DNA of 64,000 nucleotides from Eledone cirrhosa (GCA_964016885.1 OZ024747.1:26350001-26414000), one strand, 5' to 3'. Counted from the stretch's first letter, positions 1 through 13,171 are shown. Notes: generated by a model not told the origin, from the letters alone. Made by a program: numbers and translations.

Positions 1-103
1 TATATATATATATATATTTAACATAGAAATGGCTTCTACGGGAGTAGAACTGTTTCATTCGGAGGAAATCATCAGGTGGTTACATTCGATTGAACACGGG
101 ATA

Positions 104-165
<62 letters not shown>

Positions 166-225
166 TTGTAATAGAATGAAAACGAAATTTCATTTCTCAC
201 TCTTAGTACGGCACTTACTTAAATG

Positions 226-772
226 TAAGTATGTATGTATACGTACATACATATATGTATACAGACGTACAGTAGCATGCATATATATATATACATACAG
301 GTACACATACATATATGTACGCATCAGTTTAGCGGACGCTTATTATAGCGCCCGCTTTGTTCGTTTGTAAACAAACTGAACAGCCTGAATTTATGCCGCA
401 CGGTGTTAAGGCAACCACGTCACCTTTTTGTTCAACACTGACACAGGAACGATGTACTAGTTTCAAGCTTGTTAGCTATCATCAGCACCGTATACCCATC
501 TGCCAGATAGTTGAACGTTCGAAAGTATATACTTTCCTTATGAAAATTAACGGCTAAGCAGCCTAATTTGCATATCGAGTGAGTTAAATCGGTCAGGCGC
601 ACCGAAAACGATGAGTTGTAATAGAACAAAGCGGGCGCTATAATAAGCGTCCGCTAAACTGATGCGTACATATATGTATGTGTACCTGTATGTATATATA
701 TATATATATATATATATGCATGCTACTGTATGTCTGTATACATATATGTATGTACGTATACATACATACTTA
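226..772. repeat. Long inverted repeat (~140-bp arms 226-362 / 624-772) with ~260-bp spacer, (TA)n-flanked; PLE/MITE-like
   Basis: Arms are reverse complements (gcatcagtttagcggacgcttattatagcgcccgctttgttc vs gaacaaagcgggcgctataataagcgtccgctaaactgatgc). The spacer holds a hammerhead motif. Confidence 0.9.
449..491 (-). ncRNA. Minimal type I hammerhead ribozyme (PLE-type)
   Basis: Minus strand reads acggtg CTGATGA t-agct-aaca-agct-t GAAA ctag TA catcgt: 6-bp stem I (one G-U), 4-bp stem II, palindromic CTAG in place of stem III, GUA cleavage triplet. Confidence 0.75.
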
Positions 773-1053
773 TATATATATATATATATCTTTTACTGGC
801 TCCTGTCATTTGACTGCAGCTATGCTGGGACAAAGACAAAGACGTAATTTAATCGATGATATCTTTAAATAACAATAACATTACTCCTATCATTCTAACA
901 TGAGTGAAATAGCTTTGGGATTCGCTATATTTCATGGTTTGTTCCTACAGTTTTCCATTATAGTCCGTTCAATACCCTAATCTTTGTTACCTTAACGAAC
1001 AAAATATTTATCCTCCCTCGTTTGATACCTGAAGTAAATTTAACGGTTTAATA

Positions 1054-1362
1054 CAGGGGTGTGCAACATATTCCATTGGTGGGCCACTTTTGAACATTGG
1101 AACAATTATTTGAACAATTAATATTTATTAAGCACTATTCCAAAGATTCACCACAACTTCTTTCCATAACATGGAACTGGGAAATTATAACACACATTAT
1201 AACCCTATCAGTGAAGCCTTTTAGTATAGGTCAACTAACAAAAAATTGTATTACAGTCACGAAAAAAATTTTAAATAAGCCTACAAGGTAAAAATTAAAA
1301 ACGGTCAAATCAAAATTAAACGGTCAGATTGTGACCCGCGGGTCGCCTGTTACACACCCCTG
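1054..1362. mobile_element. hAT-superfamily MITE (309 bp)
   Basis: TIRs CAGGGGTGTGCAAC / GTTACACACCCCTG and a perfect 8-bp TSD GTTTAATA at 1046-1053 and 1363-1370. Confidence 0.9.
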
Positions 1363-2549
1363 GTTTAATATATCTCGAATGCGGCAAATTGAAATAGTCG
1401 TTAGGACGTCGGGTTATGTTGCTTCGGTATTTGTTCTGGCTCTCTACACTAAGATGCTTTACATCCTTTCGGAGCTCGATAAATAAATACCAGTTCAGAG
1501 AGGAATTGTTGGAGATTCAGATGGGATGATTTACAGTAACTGATCCGGTTCTGTGTATACCTAATTCAAACCCTGTCTCATTCTGCCAGGTGCTGCAACT
1601 GACAGAAGTTATCAGCAACGGAAAGATCAATGGAAATTTTTAATCGTAATGCTTCAGACTATATTAATCTCCATGTATTTCATTTTTTTTTTCAGACTGT
1701 AGGGTGTGATTTTAGGGAAATTTGGCCCTCTATTTCTAGCACGTACAATTATTACTGGCTCAAAGTCCCTTATAGACATAGGGATGTAATGATCGTGAGT
1801 TCAGTATGTAAGATTCGAAAAGGAATGTTACCACATATCCATGTTGAGATTTATAGCTCATATTAGAATTTAAGCACTGGAACTACGCACTGACCAGTAA
1901 AAAAACATGGACAGTTCACCGCTGTGGAAAACATTTCAATGCAAAGGAAAGAAGTTAATCGTCAGCTCTAACCAAGGAAACTTCCATTGGTCTTTCTATT
2001 GCTGATACTACGTGTCGGTCGTAACTCCTAGTAGAAGCGAGTGTGAGTTGAACTCGGGACACAACGAACCAGATAAGATACCGCAAAATACCTCGTTAGA
2101 CTGTAAACATTCCGCCAATAATCCACCACCCTCTGGACTGGTAATTTATTTATCGACCTCCGGAAGGATGAACAGTAAAGTCAAACTCAGTGGGATTTAA
2201 ACTTGTAGCGCAAAGAACCGAAAGAAATAGCAAGGCATTTAATTTAAAATGGAATGTGATATTAGATAGATAATGTCGTCCATGTTTAACTGTCTGAAAA
2301 GAAGATGAAGCGATTATGGCTGGATCATCTCTGATCAGAGACCTGCTCGGTCAGGAGCTGACCTAAGTATAAACAACAACAATATAACAACAACAACTTC
2401 ATCGTAATCAACAACTTCATCTTAATCAACATAAACTTATAACAACTTCATCGCAATCATCAATAACAACAATAACAACAATTTCATCATAATCAATAAC
2501 AACAATAACAACTTCAATAACAACATAACGATTTGTATAACAGCATGGA

Positions 2550-2863
2550 CATCATCTCTATGACATCAAAGTAGTATGTGTCATACTACATCATACTACA
2601 TACTACATCATCTCTATGACATCAAAGTAGTATGTGTCATACTACATCATACTACATACTACATCATCTCTATGACATCAAAGTAGTATGTGTCATACTA
2701 CATCATACTACATACTACATCATCTCTATGACATCAAAGTAGTATGTGTCATACTACATCATACTACATACTACATCATCTCTATGACATCAAAGTAGTA
2801 TGTGTCATACTACATCATACTACATACTACATCATCTCTATGACATCAAAGTAGTATGTGTCA
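2550..2863. repeat. 56-bp minisatellite, ~5.6 identical copies
   Basis: Unit catcatctctatgacatcaaagtagtatgtgtcatactacatcatactacatacta recurs at 2550, 2606 and onward. Confidence 0.95.
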
Positions 2864-2884
2864 AAATAACTCCGGCATATTGAT

Positions 2885-3310
2885 CAGTAATAATGCTTTC
2901 TAATTTAAGCATAATTACCCCAGTGCATTACTGGTACTTTATTTTATCGACCCCGTAAGGATGAAAGGCAAAGTTAACCTCGGCGGGATTTGAACTCAGA
3001 CCGTAAAGGGACGTAACTATGCTAGAAAGCATGCCGTCCAACCCTCTACCGATACTGCCAATTCACCGCCCTTTGATCAGTAATAATGCTTTCTAATTTA
3101 AGCACAAAGCCAGCAATTTCGAGAGTATGGAAAAGTTGATTATATCAATTCCAGTACATCACTGGTACATGACTGGTACTTTATTTTATCAACCCAAGAA
3201 AAAATGAAGGCAAAACTGACTTCCACGGGATTTGAACTCAAAACATACAGAGCCGGAACAGATAGTGCTATATGCTTGTCCGATGCTCTAACGACTCTGC
3301 CAACCCAGCT
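2885..3310 (-). mobile_element. Two tandem tRNA-derived SINE copies (octopus-type family)
   Basis: Reverse complement of the family at 13333-13725 (ggcgggatttgaactcag B-box, ctggtactttattttatcgacccc). The 32-bp tail segment is duplicated at 2880 and 3073. Confidence 0.8.
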
Positions 3311-4527
3311 AATAATAAGTACAACTTCAATAACAAAACATGTGTAATAACATTAAAAACTGCATCAACAATATTAACATTGACAACAATAACAATATCA
3401 AAAATAACATTACTCTTTATAATATAGCATAGTATAGCATAAACATCAACATCATTCATCGCCGCCATCCCATCACATTACCCTTAATAACAAAACCAAC
3501 CAACCAGGGTTTCTCAAAGTGTTCCATACAAATCTGTAGGGTGAATATAAAAGTTTAGGGATCCAAGAATGTAAATTTAAAAATTCCCATTTATTAATCC
3601 CTTTAGAACAGAAGAACAAACATCTCTGAATCGTGTGACTAGCTGCTAGATCTCTGATAGTTTAATGGTTGTTTTCTAATGCAAAAGACAGCGAATTGAC
3701 AGATTCATTTTGGTGTTGATTAAAAACTTCTGAGTTCAAATCCCACCGAGGTCGATTTTGCTTTCTATCCTTTCGAGGTTGATAAATGAAGCACCAGACC
3801 AGTAGTGGAGAGAAGGAAGGCTGATTCTTTCTCTGGATTAAATTATCTTATCTGTGTCACGACCTGGATAGAAGAGAGCTCCGTCAGGTTTTAAATGCAT
3901 GAGAAAAGTGATGCTAAAGAGCCCTTAAACCTTATTAGATTTGTAGGAGATTATTTTTCTCATGTAAGTTATATTAAACACTGGAAAATGTGTTATGTTT
4001 TGTAATTTTGTTCGCGGGAGAATACAATATAAATTTTGTTTCAGGGGTCTATCAAGTAAAAAGTTTGAGACACTCTGTTCTATGTGATCTCTTGATTTGC
4101 TAAAAAGGATGTGATGATCAGATGAGTCCAAGGAAACAATGTGTCCATTGGTCTTTCCATTACCTGCTGATCACAATTCCTGGCAGAAGTGTCGCTACTT
4201 TTCGGGTGATAGGAGGCGGGATTTGAACTCAGAGCGCACAGAGTTATTACAGATACCACAAAACATCCCATCTGTTCCCATTCTGCCAATAATCCATCAC
4301 TACTGGACTGTAACTGGTTCTTTATTTATTAATCAGCAGAAAGGCTGAAAGGAGAAGTTAACCTCTGCTACAAGATGGCAGCCAACTCTCCTTCAAATAA
4401 CACCTTAAAGCATTAAAAGAACCGAAGAACATTGTACAAAAACTAATCCTGGATATACAAACTGGACACAGCTAGAACCTCGTTGACAATAGGTTTGCTT
4501 GATCAAGGTTGACCTAGGGCTAAATAA

Positions 4528-4935
4528 TGACAACAACAATAACAAAAACAAACAAGGAATCACCACAATAACAAACACAGCCACAATAACAACAACCACA
4601 AAAACAATAACAACCACAAGCACTACAATAACACACACAAACACAATAACACACACAAACACAATAACACACACAAACACAATAACACACACAAACACAA
4701 TAACACACACAAACACAATAACAACCACAACCACCATAACAACCACAACCACCATAACAACCATAGCAACAACAATAACAACCACAACACCACCAACAAC
4801 AAGAACAGCAACAATAATAACCACAATAACAACCACAATAACTACAATAACAACTACAACAACAACAATATTAACCGCAGCAACAAACAACCACGATAAC
4901 AACCACAACAACAACACCACAGACAGTAACACCAA
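4528..4935. repeat. (ACA/ACC)-rich simple repeat including an 18-bp unit x5
   Basis: acaataacacacacaaac is repeated at about 4626-4720 inside a Thr-codon-like low-complexity tract. Confidence 0.9.
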
Positions 4936-5293
4936 CAGCGAAGAAATTGTCATAGAGTTTTATTTTTTGTTTGTTTGTTTGTTTTTGCTGTTTTCTTTTT
5001 GTTTGTTTGTTTTGTTGTTGTTTTTTTTTTGTTTTTTTTACTTACTTTGAGAGATGTTGGCAGTGGTGTAGGGTTGGTTCTGTTTCAATGAATTACTGTA
5101 GGTGATGTTGGTGAGGACGGTGCTGGTGACGGCGTAGTGGGTACAGTTCTGGTGGAGTAAATGTATTCTCTGGGAGTTAAGGAAACAAAAGTGTCGGCCG
5201 AATGACAAGAAGTTTTGAAGTGAATCTTGAGTTGGATATTGAGAAAGTTTCGATCAGTGTTCACTTTATATAACAACTGACTCCTCCTTAAGA

Positions 5294-6067
5294 GCAGCAG
5301 CAGCAGCAGTAGCAACAACAACAACAACGACGACAATAGCAGCAGCACTGCCTACACCAAGTAGCGTCACAGCAAAATGGCATTAAGAACAGCAGCAGCG
5401 GCTCCACCACCCCCACCAATAGTAACAGCAGCAGCAACTACAACCACAGCAACAGCAGCAGCAGCACCACCCCCACCAATAGTAACAGCAGCAGCAACAA
5501 CAACCACAGCAACAGCAGCAGCACCACCACCCCCACCAATAGTAACAGCAGCAGCAACAACAACCACAGCAACAGCAGCAGCACCACCACCCCCACCAAT
5601 AGTAACAGCAGCAGCAACAACAACCACAGCAACAGCAGCAGCACCAGCAGCAGCACCAGCAGCAACAACAACCACAGCAACAGCAGCAGCAGCAGCAACA
5701 ACTACAGCAGCAACTGCAGCAGCAGCAGCAGCAGCGGCAGCAACAGCAACAGCAGCAGCACTGCCTACACCAAATAGTATCAGCAAAACGGCAACTACAA
5801 CACCAGCAACAGCAACAACTACAGCAGCACCAAAACTAACAATAAACGCGACACCAGCAGCAGCAGCAGCAACAACAACAACAAGAGAGTAGCAATGTTT
5901 ACAACAAATAGTATTACAGCCAAACGGCAACTACAACACCAGCAACAAGTGCAGCAGCAAATGGTGTGGCGACAACAACGATAAATAAAAAGTAATATAA
6001 TTCTTCAGCTTCTCGTTACTACTACAAGAAGAAGAAGAAGAAGAAGAAGAAGAAGAAGAAGAAGAAG

Positions 6068-6125
<58 letters not shown>
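5294..6125. repeat. CAG/CAA-rich tract with a 60-bp unit x4, followed by (AAG)n(AAC)n
   Basis: A 60-bp period is visible at 5401/5461/5521/5581. The (aag)n(aac)n tract lies at about 6026-6112. Confidence 0.9.
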
Positions 6126-6134
<9 letters not shown>

Positions 6135-6214
6135 ACAACTACAACACCAACAGAATCAACAATGCCATCCTTACCAACAACACCATCGCCACTGACAACC
6201 ACAACAACACACAC

Positions 6215-6268
<54 letters not shown>

Positions 6269-7377
6269 GTGAAGAATATGCGTGACAGGAGTTATATGTG
6301 CATGTATCTGTCAGTGGGTTTATATGCATGTGTAGTCCTTTCTTTTTAGTTCAAATGTGTGCATGAATGCAACACCTGTTTTCTTGCATGTAGTGTGCGT
6401 GTGTGTGTGTGTGTTATGCGTATGTGTATGTATCTCTGTGTCTGTGTGTATGTGTGTGTGGAATATGTGTGTAGAATATCTGTATGGGTTCGTTAGCTGA
6501 GTGTATGTACTCAGAAATACTGAGTACTCATCAAGTTAATGTTTGAATATTTTAAGTACTGTGTCGTACTTCAAACACATTGTAACAAAAAGTCTCAAAC
6601 ACCGCCCGCCAACTACTTCTATGGCCCGCGGCAGAATAATTTTCATGACTAATATTTTCCTGAAATTTGGTTAATTTGTCCCTAGACCCTTCCATGTTAT
6701 TTCTTTATTGATTTAAATTAAAATATTTTTGGGGAATTTTTTGTTGAAGATGTCTGCTATTTCTTTAAATGTGATAAAACTTTGAATTTTGCTTTTATTT
6801 TTCGTTTTAATAATATTTATTGTAGGGTTTATTGCAATTTACCTATGAAATACAATAAAATGGGAACATAAAAAAGAAACAGAAAAAAGGGGGAATTTAC
6901 CAAAAATAAAAACGGGATTAAGGAATATTTAAAACGAAAGAATTGTCCCCCGCCCCCCACTCCACCCCCTCACACATTTTGTACTAATTCACATATCTCA
7001 CTTACTTTCATATACGTATTCATTTTGATGAAAAATAAATAAATAGTAGTTTATCGGCTGTATAGCAGAGTAACATCATAACTGGTGGAAATGACGCCCC
7101 TTATCAGACGTGTCAGCTCTCCCCGTCCGACGGGGAGATCTCCCATCCACTTTGGGGTGGGTGAGAGATGTCTTCTCTTGTGAAAATGGGTATAGTTTTC
7201 ATTGTGTAAAATCTCTCCATTTCGCCTCATTTTACCCCGTTTTGGGGCACTTGTTTTCATGGTACTCCCCGTTTGGGTTTTTGGAGGTTGGCAGGTCTGC
7301 CTTACTCATCTCACTTTTGGCCCCACTGTGCCTCTCTCCCAGGTTGTGATGGCCATTTTAAGTCCTTGAGTCTGAGA

Positions 7378-7464
<87 letters not shown>

Positions 7465-7469
7465 TATAA

Positions 7470-7575
7470 CCAAGATGGCGTAGGACAGAACAAAGGAGAG
7501 AAACAAAGTAAAAACCTAGTCACTGAGGAGGTCACAGAATGTGTGACGAAAGAGATTTTACAATATATAAACAAC
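7470..7575 (+). mobile_element. Short 3' fragment of a Penelope-like element with a degenerate hammerhead
   Basis: Follows (TA)n and matches 16260-16372 (caagatggcgtaggacagaacaaaggagag...cactgaggaggtcacagaatgtgtgacgaaag). Confidence 0.7.
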
Positions 7576-8621
7576 GATACCAGTCGAGGGTGATGTCGTG
7601 GTGGGGTGGTGAGATTGTTAGAGCAGCCACCGAGATGCCTTATGTTATTTGTTCTGGCTCTTTGTATTCTAAGTTCAAATCTCCTGGTGGCCAACTTGTA
7701 TGTTAGACTAAAACTATTGCCCTCTCTCTCTCTCTCTCTCTTTCTTTCTCTCTCTCTCTCTCTCTCTCTCTCCGTCATTCCCTCTCTCTCTCTCTCTCTT
7801 TCTTTCTTTTTCTCTCTCCCTCTCTTTATCTTTCTCTGGAAGAAATCTGCTGTACTCACACCTGGAGCGGGATGGGCTCCACCAGGCTTAAAATGTCCAA
7901 GAAACTCTATATGTCAATACGTCGCCCCTGCAACTCTAACAGCAGTTACGGGACAATACATACTCGCACACGCAGGACTACTTGCCTGCCCACCCCATCC
8001 ATCTTGATAAACCCTTTATTTTTGCCCCCCTCTATCGACCTCTTTCTCCTATCTTTACTCTTTTCTAATGAAGGACTAACGTCCGATATGTTGAAACATT
8101 CCTTTTCTTTTTCCAACAATTGTATCCCTGTAATTGTCTTTTTTATACAGATGTATTTAGCCGTATTACAGGTACACTGGGTACATTATAACTCTATCAA
8201 CCAAGAGATATACTTGGTGCAATGTCACATACAAGCATATTTGCTTATATGTGAAATTTTGCTTGTATGTCATATACAAGCATATCTCATGTACAGGTAC
8301 ATATTTGCTGTGTCGCGCATATATAACTGTATCATCAGTGCAGCTATATTTAATTCAAACACAGGTACGGCTTTATATAGTTTTAACACACGCTCAAGTA
8401 TGTTAAGTTCAATAACACATATAGATATATTTGACTTTAATACTCACACAAATACAGGTAGATATATTCAGTTCAATCATACGTACAGATATAATTTATT
8501 CAATGACATGTACACGTACTGATATTTTTACGCTCTATCGCAATTACAGGTATATTATAACTCTTTTACATGTCCAGATGTATTTGGTTCAATGACACAG
8601 TTATATTATTTAGCTGTATCA

Positions 8622-8838
8622 GGGTGGTGATTGGCAGTATCGGTAGAGGGTCGGACGCACTGCTTTGCAGCATAGAGTTAAGGCCCTTTTGTGATCTGAG
8701 TTCCAATTCTGCCGAGATTAACTTTGCCTTTCATCCTTACAGGGTCGCTAAATAAAGTACCAGTAATACACTGGAGTCGATTTAATCGACTTTCCCCTCC
8801 CCAAAAATTGCTGGCCTTGTGCCTATATAAGAAACCAT
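8622..8838 (+). mobile_element. tRNA-derived SINE (same family as 13333-13897)
   Basis: attggcagtatcggtagagggtcggac head, gagttccaattc B-box-like motif, aactttgcctttcatcct...gtaccagtaatacactgg body. Confidence 0.85.
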
Positions 8839-8974
8839 TATTTAGCTGTATCACAGGTAACAAGTATATTTGTTTCACAGATACAAGCATATTTGATTTT
8901 ATCTTATTTTCAGTATTTTTTATTCTACCTCACCAAGGTGTATTTGACTTTATCACACATACAGGTATAAATGT

Positions 8975-9095
8975 GAAGGCGTGTGGCTGAGTGGTAAGAG
9001 AATTGGATTCACAATCGTGAGGTTGTGATTTCGATTCCTGGACCGGACGATGCGTTATGTCCTTGAGCAAGACACTTTATTTCACGTTGTTCCTT
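8975..9095 (+). mobile_element. Second tRNA-derived SINE (tRNA head plus conserved central-domain motif), 3'-truncated
   Basis: A-box tggctgagtggt, B-box-like ttcgattcc, then tgtccttgagcaagacactt, a motif typical of conserved-domain SINEs. Confidence 0.7.
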
Positions 9096-10997
9096 CTACC
9101 TGGAGTTGCGACCGACCGATAGATAGTATTAAGCAATTGGAAAGACCAGCGGAAACATTGTTTCCTCGGTTCGATTTGGCGAAAGTCGATCGACCGTCGA
9201 GAGGTATAAATAGCTCTATCACACATACAGGTATATTTTGTCACACGTACAAGTATATCTAGTTGTATGACACACACATGTATACTTAGTGATCCCACGC
9301 ATGCCAGCATTTTTGTAACACAAATACAGGTATATCTGACACAATCACACTTACATGTATATTTCGTTCTACCACACACACATACAGGCATATTTGTATC
9401 ACACCTACACATATATTTAGCTATATCACACAGGTATATTTCTAGCTATATCACAAGTATATTTGTATAACCCTTACAGTCATATTTATTTCAATCTCAG
9501 ATATAGATATATTTAGCAGTATCGCATTTGTTTAATACTATTTTCCGAGCTCTTCTTTGAAAAGTTTTACTCTTTACTACAATGTATGAATGCAAGTTGT
9601 AACTATGGATGTAAATATGCTTTAAATGTCTGTTCGTATTTAATTTACCATACATACAGGTATATTTTATCACACGTATAGGCGTGAAACAATGTTTTTT
9701 TCTTACTTAAATTTTGTCGCTGGGGTAATATTTTTATAAGATTTCAAACATGGCGACTTCGGTGATATTAGGAGGAGACATTCCCCCCACCTCACCGTGA
9801 TAGAGATGGTAGCATTAGGTACATAGAAGAATGTAAACAAACCACTCCTACGTATTTACGAACATTTTCGATCTTTTTCCCGTTTAGGTAATTTTCGTTT
9901 GGTTTTAGACCGTAGTCTTAACATCGTTTGTGTTTATTTTTAAAGGCGGACAAAACAATGTGGCATTTCAATGTTTCTCTCGGGTCTTTACCATCTAGAG
10001 ATATTATATATAGTATAGATAAGGCAGTAAGCATACACATAGACGTACACCGAACATACACATAGACGTAAGTCCGAACATAAAGGAGCCGAACTCCCAC
10101 TGTCATCACCTCCATCCCTGTCGCCCTCCCCATCTCTCACTATTATGAGCACATGGGGTCCCACGCGCTAATCTAGAGATTAGTAACCGCTTGTGAACCT
10201 ATTATTCTCTTTAAGGAACATACAAACTTACCATAAACAGGTTGAGTGTTCTTTCTTTTGACAATCATAAACCTGATTTGATTGGTCCACCCATACTTCT
10301 TTAGTGAGGTGAGACAGGAAAATATTATTTCCGGTAACTTGCAGCAGTCACTTTTTTTAAAAATCCATTTCCGTTTGTAGTAATAAGCTTAATAAAGCCC
10401 AAAAGGGCTCAATAAACCGAAATGCACTTACCTACAGTTATACGATTTTATAATGCTTAATTCGGGGCTTTACTAACCTGATTTCTACAAAAAAACGTTT
10501 ATTAAAACAGAAGAGAAGCCTATAATCGGTAGAGCGTCGGACAAAATGCTTTGCAGCGTAGAGTTACATGTGTTGCTGTATATATATAAGAGATTTGGTG
10601 GATCCTAGCATGTATCGTCCTAGAGGGGAGCGGAAAGCTCCTGTAGGTAAAGAGGACCCGGAAGGAGAACTGGTCTGGGATCAGTCTGGAGATACTTCTC
10701 CAAATCAAACCAGAAAAAAATTAGCTTTATTAAGCTAATTCCTCTTCCGTCTGTACAGCAACACATTGCAACATTAGATCAGTTTAACGATCGTCTCCGA
10801 TTGAGAGAAAGTTCTCCAGAAATATATCAGGGTTTTTTAAAAAAATCCTTTCCACCGAAATTAACAAAGGACTTATTAGATCTACATAACAAAATTATAA
10901 AATTATAAAATTGTAAAATTATAAAATTAAATTGTTATAGAATACCAACTACAAATGAAGTCATTATTTTCCTTTTTTCATATATCTATATATAAAT

Positions 10998-11065
10998 AAT
11001 TCCAGTAATAATCAGGAGCTGATTATATATATATATATAATCAGCTCCTGATTATTACTGGAATT
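10998..11065. repeat. Perfect palindrome centred on (TA)n
   Basis: aattccagtaataatcaggagctgat-(ta)n-atcagctcctgattattactggaatt. Confidence 0.9.
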
Positions 11066-11097
11066 CTATAAGAATCCAGCTTCTATAATTTTCGGTG

Positions 11098-11168
11098 GAA
11101 GCAGGGGAGTGCGTGACTCTGATGAACGCCAACCAGCGTGAAACAGATTGTCAGCTTCTCTCCCTTCT
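11098..11168 (+). ncRNA. Hammerhead ribozyme candidate (type I)
   Basis: CTGATGA acgc-caacca-gcgt GAAA ca-gat-tg TC ag. Stem II is perfect and the triplet is GUC. Stem I has only 2 proximal bp plus possible distal ggggag/ctctcc pairing. Confidence 0.55.
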
Positions 11169-11280
11169 TTCGCCGAAAAGAAGTAAGTGACATAGTCACT
11201 ACTTTAAAACTGATAGCGTATGGTCTTCTAAATGTTTTTAATTAAATATACTGTATACTGCCAAATATACTATACATATA

Positions 11281-11344
<64 letters not shown>

Positions 11345-11399
11345 GAGGAAGTTATAGTTCACTTGAAGCAATGTGTAATGAGGTATAAACGTTTGTATA

Positions 11400-11736
11400 T
11401 GTATAATAAGGCCAAAACAATGCAGGTATGGACATAGAATAAAGAATGCAAATGCAAAAGATATTGACAATTAGTCTTTTCCCTTAGATTTATTTAAATG
11501 TCCTTAATTTTCGAGATAATTTCTCTTCTTGGGAGGGAAGTAAAGCGGTTAAACCAGTGTTCTAAATAGCTATTTAGAACACTGGTTTAACCGCTTTACT
11601 TCCCTCCGAAGAAGAGATATTATCTCGAAAATTAAGGACATTTAAATAAATCTAAGGGAAAAGACTAATTGTCAATATCTTTTGCATTTGCATTCTTTAT
11701 TCTATGTCCATACCTGCATTGTTTTGGCTTTATTAT

Positions 11737-11739
<3 letters not shown>
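11400..11739. repeat. 340-bp spacerless palindrome (170-bp arms)
   Basis: Centre ...gttctaaatag|ctatttagaac... at 11569/11570, with about 3 mismatches between arms. Confidence 0.95.
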
Positions 11740-11807
<68 letters not shown>

Positions 11808-11999
11808 GTATTAATTTAACAATGAAAATAATAACAACAAAGTCGAGTTATTTTACCTATTCATATCATTCTTTTACGATCGTTTCGGAGGGTTGATCAT
11901 ATTGACATATTGTCTGATCTATACCAGTTATATAACTGTATACTATCAGACCTCATATATAGGTTCGATCAGACCTACCAGCTAGGGTAGATAAGACTG

Positions 12000-12080
<81 letters not shown>

Positions 12081-12309
12081 TATATACACACACACATACA
12101 TTACAGGTGTTGAAATGCCGAAATGATTTTTAATACTCCATTAGAACCACCGTAGTCATCACAGCTCCGCTGTTGCTATACAATACATCCATTGCACGCC
12201 GCCACCACACTACCACCACACCACCACATCACCATCATATCTCTCCGAGATATCACTACGACAGACAAAATAATCACCGGTATACATCCAACACTATTAT
12301 ATACCTCAA

Positions 12310-12945
12310 TATACATCACCACTCATATACACCAATATACATCACCACTAATATACACCAATATATATATCACCACTAATATACACCAATACACCTCACC
12401 ACTAATATACACCAATATATATATCACCAGTAATATACACAAATACACCTCACCACTAATATACACCAATATACATCACCACTAATATACACCAATATAT
12501 ATATCACCAGTAATATACACAAATACACCTCACCACTAATATACACCAATATACATCACCACTAATATACACCAATATATATATCACCAGTAATATACAC
12601 AAATACACCTCACCACTAATATACACCAATATACATCACCACTAATATACACCAATATATATATCACCAGTAATATACACAAATACACCTCACCACTAAT
12701 ATACACCAATATACATCACCACTAATATACACCAATATATATATCACCAGTAATATACACAAATACACCTCACCACTAATATACACCAATATACATCACC
12801 ACTAATATACACCAATATATATATCACCAGTAATATACACAAATACACCTCACCACTAATATACACCAATATATATATCACCAGTAATTTACACAAATAC
12901 ACCTCACCACTAATATACACCAATATACGTCACCACTAATATATA
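12310..12945. repeat. 80-bp higher-order minisatellite (three 26-28-bp subunits)
   Basis: actaatatacaccaatatat recurs at 12401, 12481, 12561, 12641, 12721 and 12801. Degenerate monomers continue to about 13330. Confidence 0.9.
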
Positions 12946-13080
12946 TATAACCACTATATATACACCAATATACATTACCATTAGTATATACAATATACAT
13001 GACTATTAGTATCCGTCAATATACAACACCATTAGTATATACACCAATATATATCACCACTATACATTAGTATATACACC

Positions 13081-13171
13081 AATATATTGAGTCGTCCATT
13101 ATGAAATTTGTAGAAATTTGTATATTTTCTACAAATTTCTACACATTTCATACTTGATGACCCAATATATT
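13081..13171. mobile_element. Small hairpin MITE-like insertion
   Basis: aatatattgagtcgtccattatgaaatttgtagaaatttgta ... tacaaatttctacacatttcatacttgatgacccaatatatt is an imperfect inverted repeat interrupting the minisatellite at a TA-rich site. Confidence 0.55.

Noticed and set aside
2550-2863. CRISPR-like array
   Set aside because: Units are fully identical with no unique spacers, the context is eukaryotic, and there are no cas genes.
4405-6214. Thr/Ala/Pro-rich ORFs (mucin- or antifreeze-like, e.g. 5377-5892)
   Set aside because: Open frames on both strands arise from triplet repeats. There is no signal peptide, splice or domain support.
6590-6640. hAT MITE end fragments (also cagggtttctcaaa at about 3505)
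   Set aside because: No partner TIR or TSD found.
7872-8522. 216-aa ORF
   Set aside because: No recognisable motif. It runs through degenerate tacaggtatatt-type repeats.
8975-9050. tRNA gene
   Set aside because: No complete cloverleaf, and it continues into SINE body sequence.
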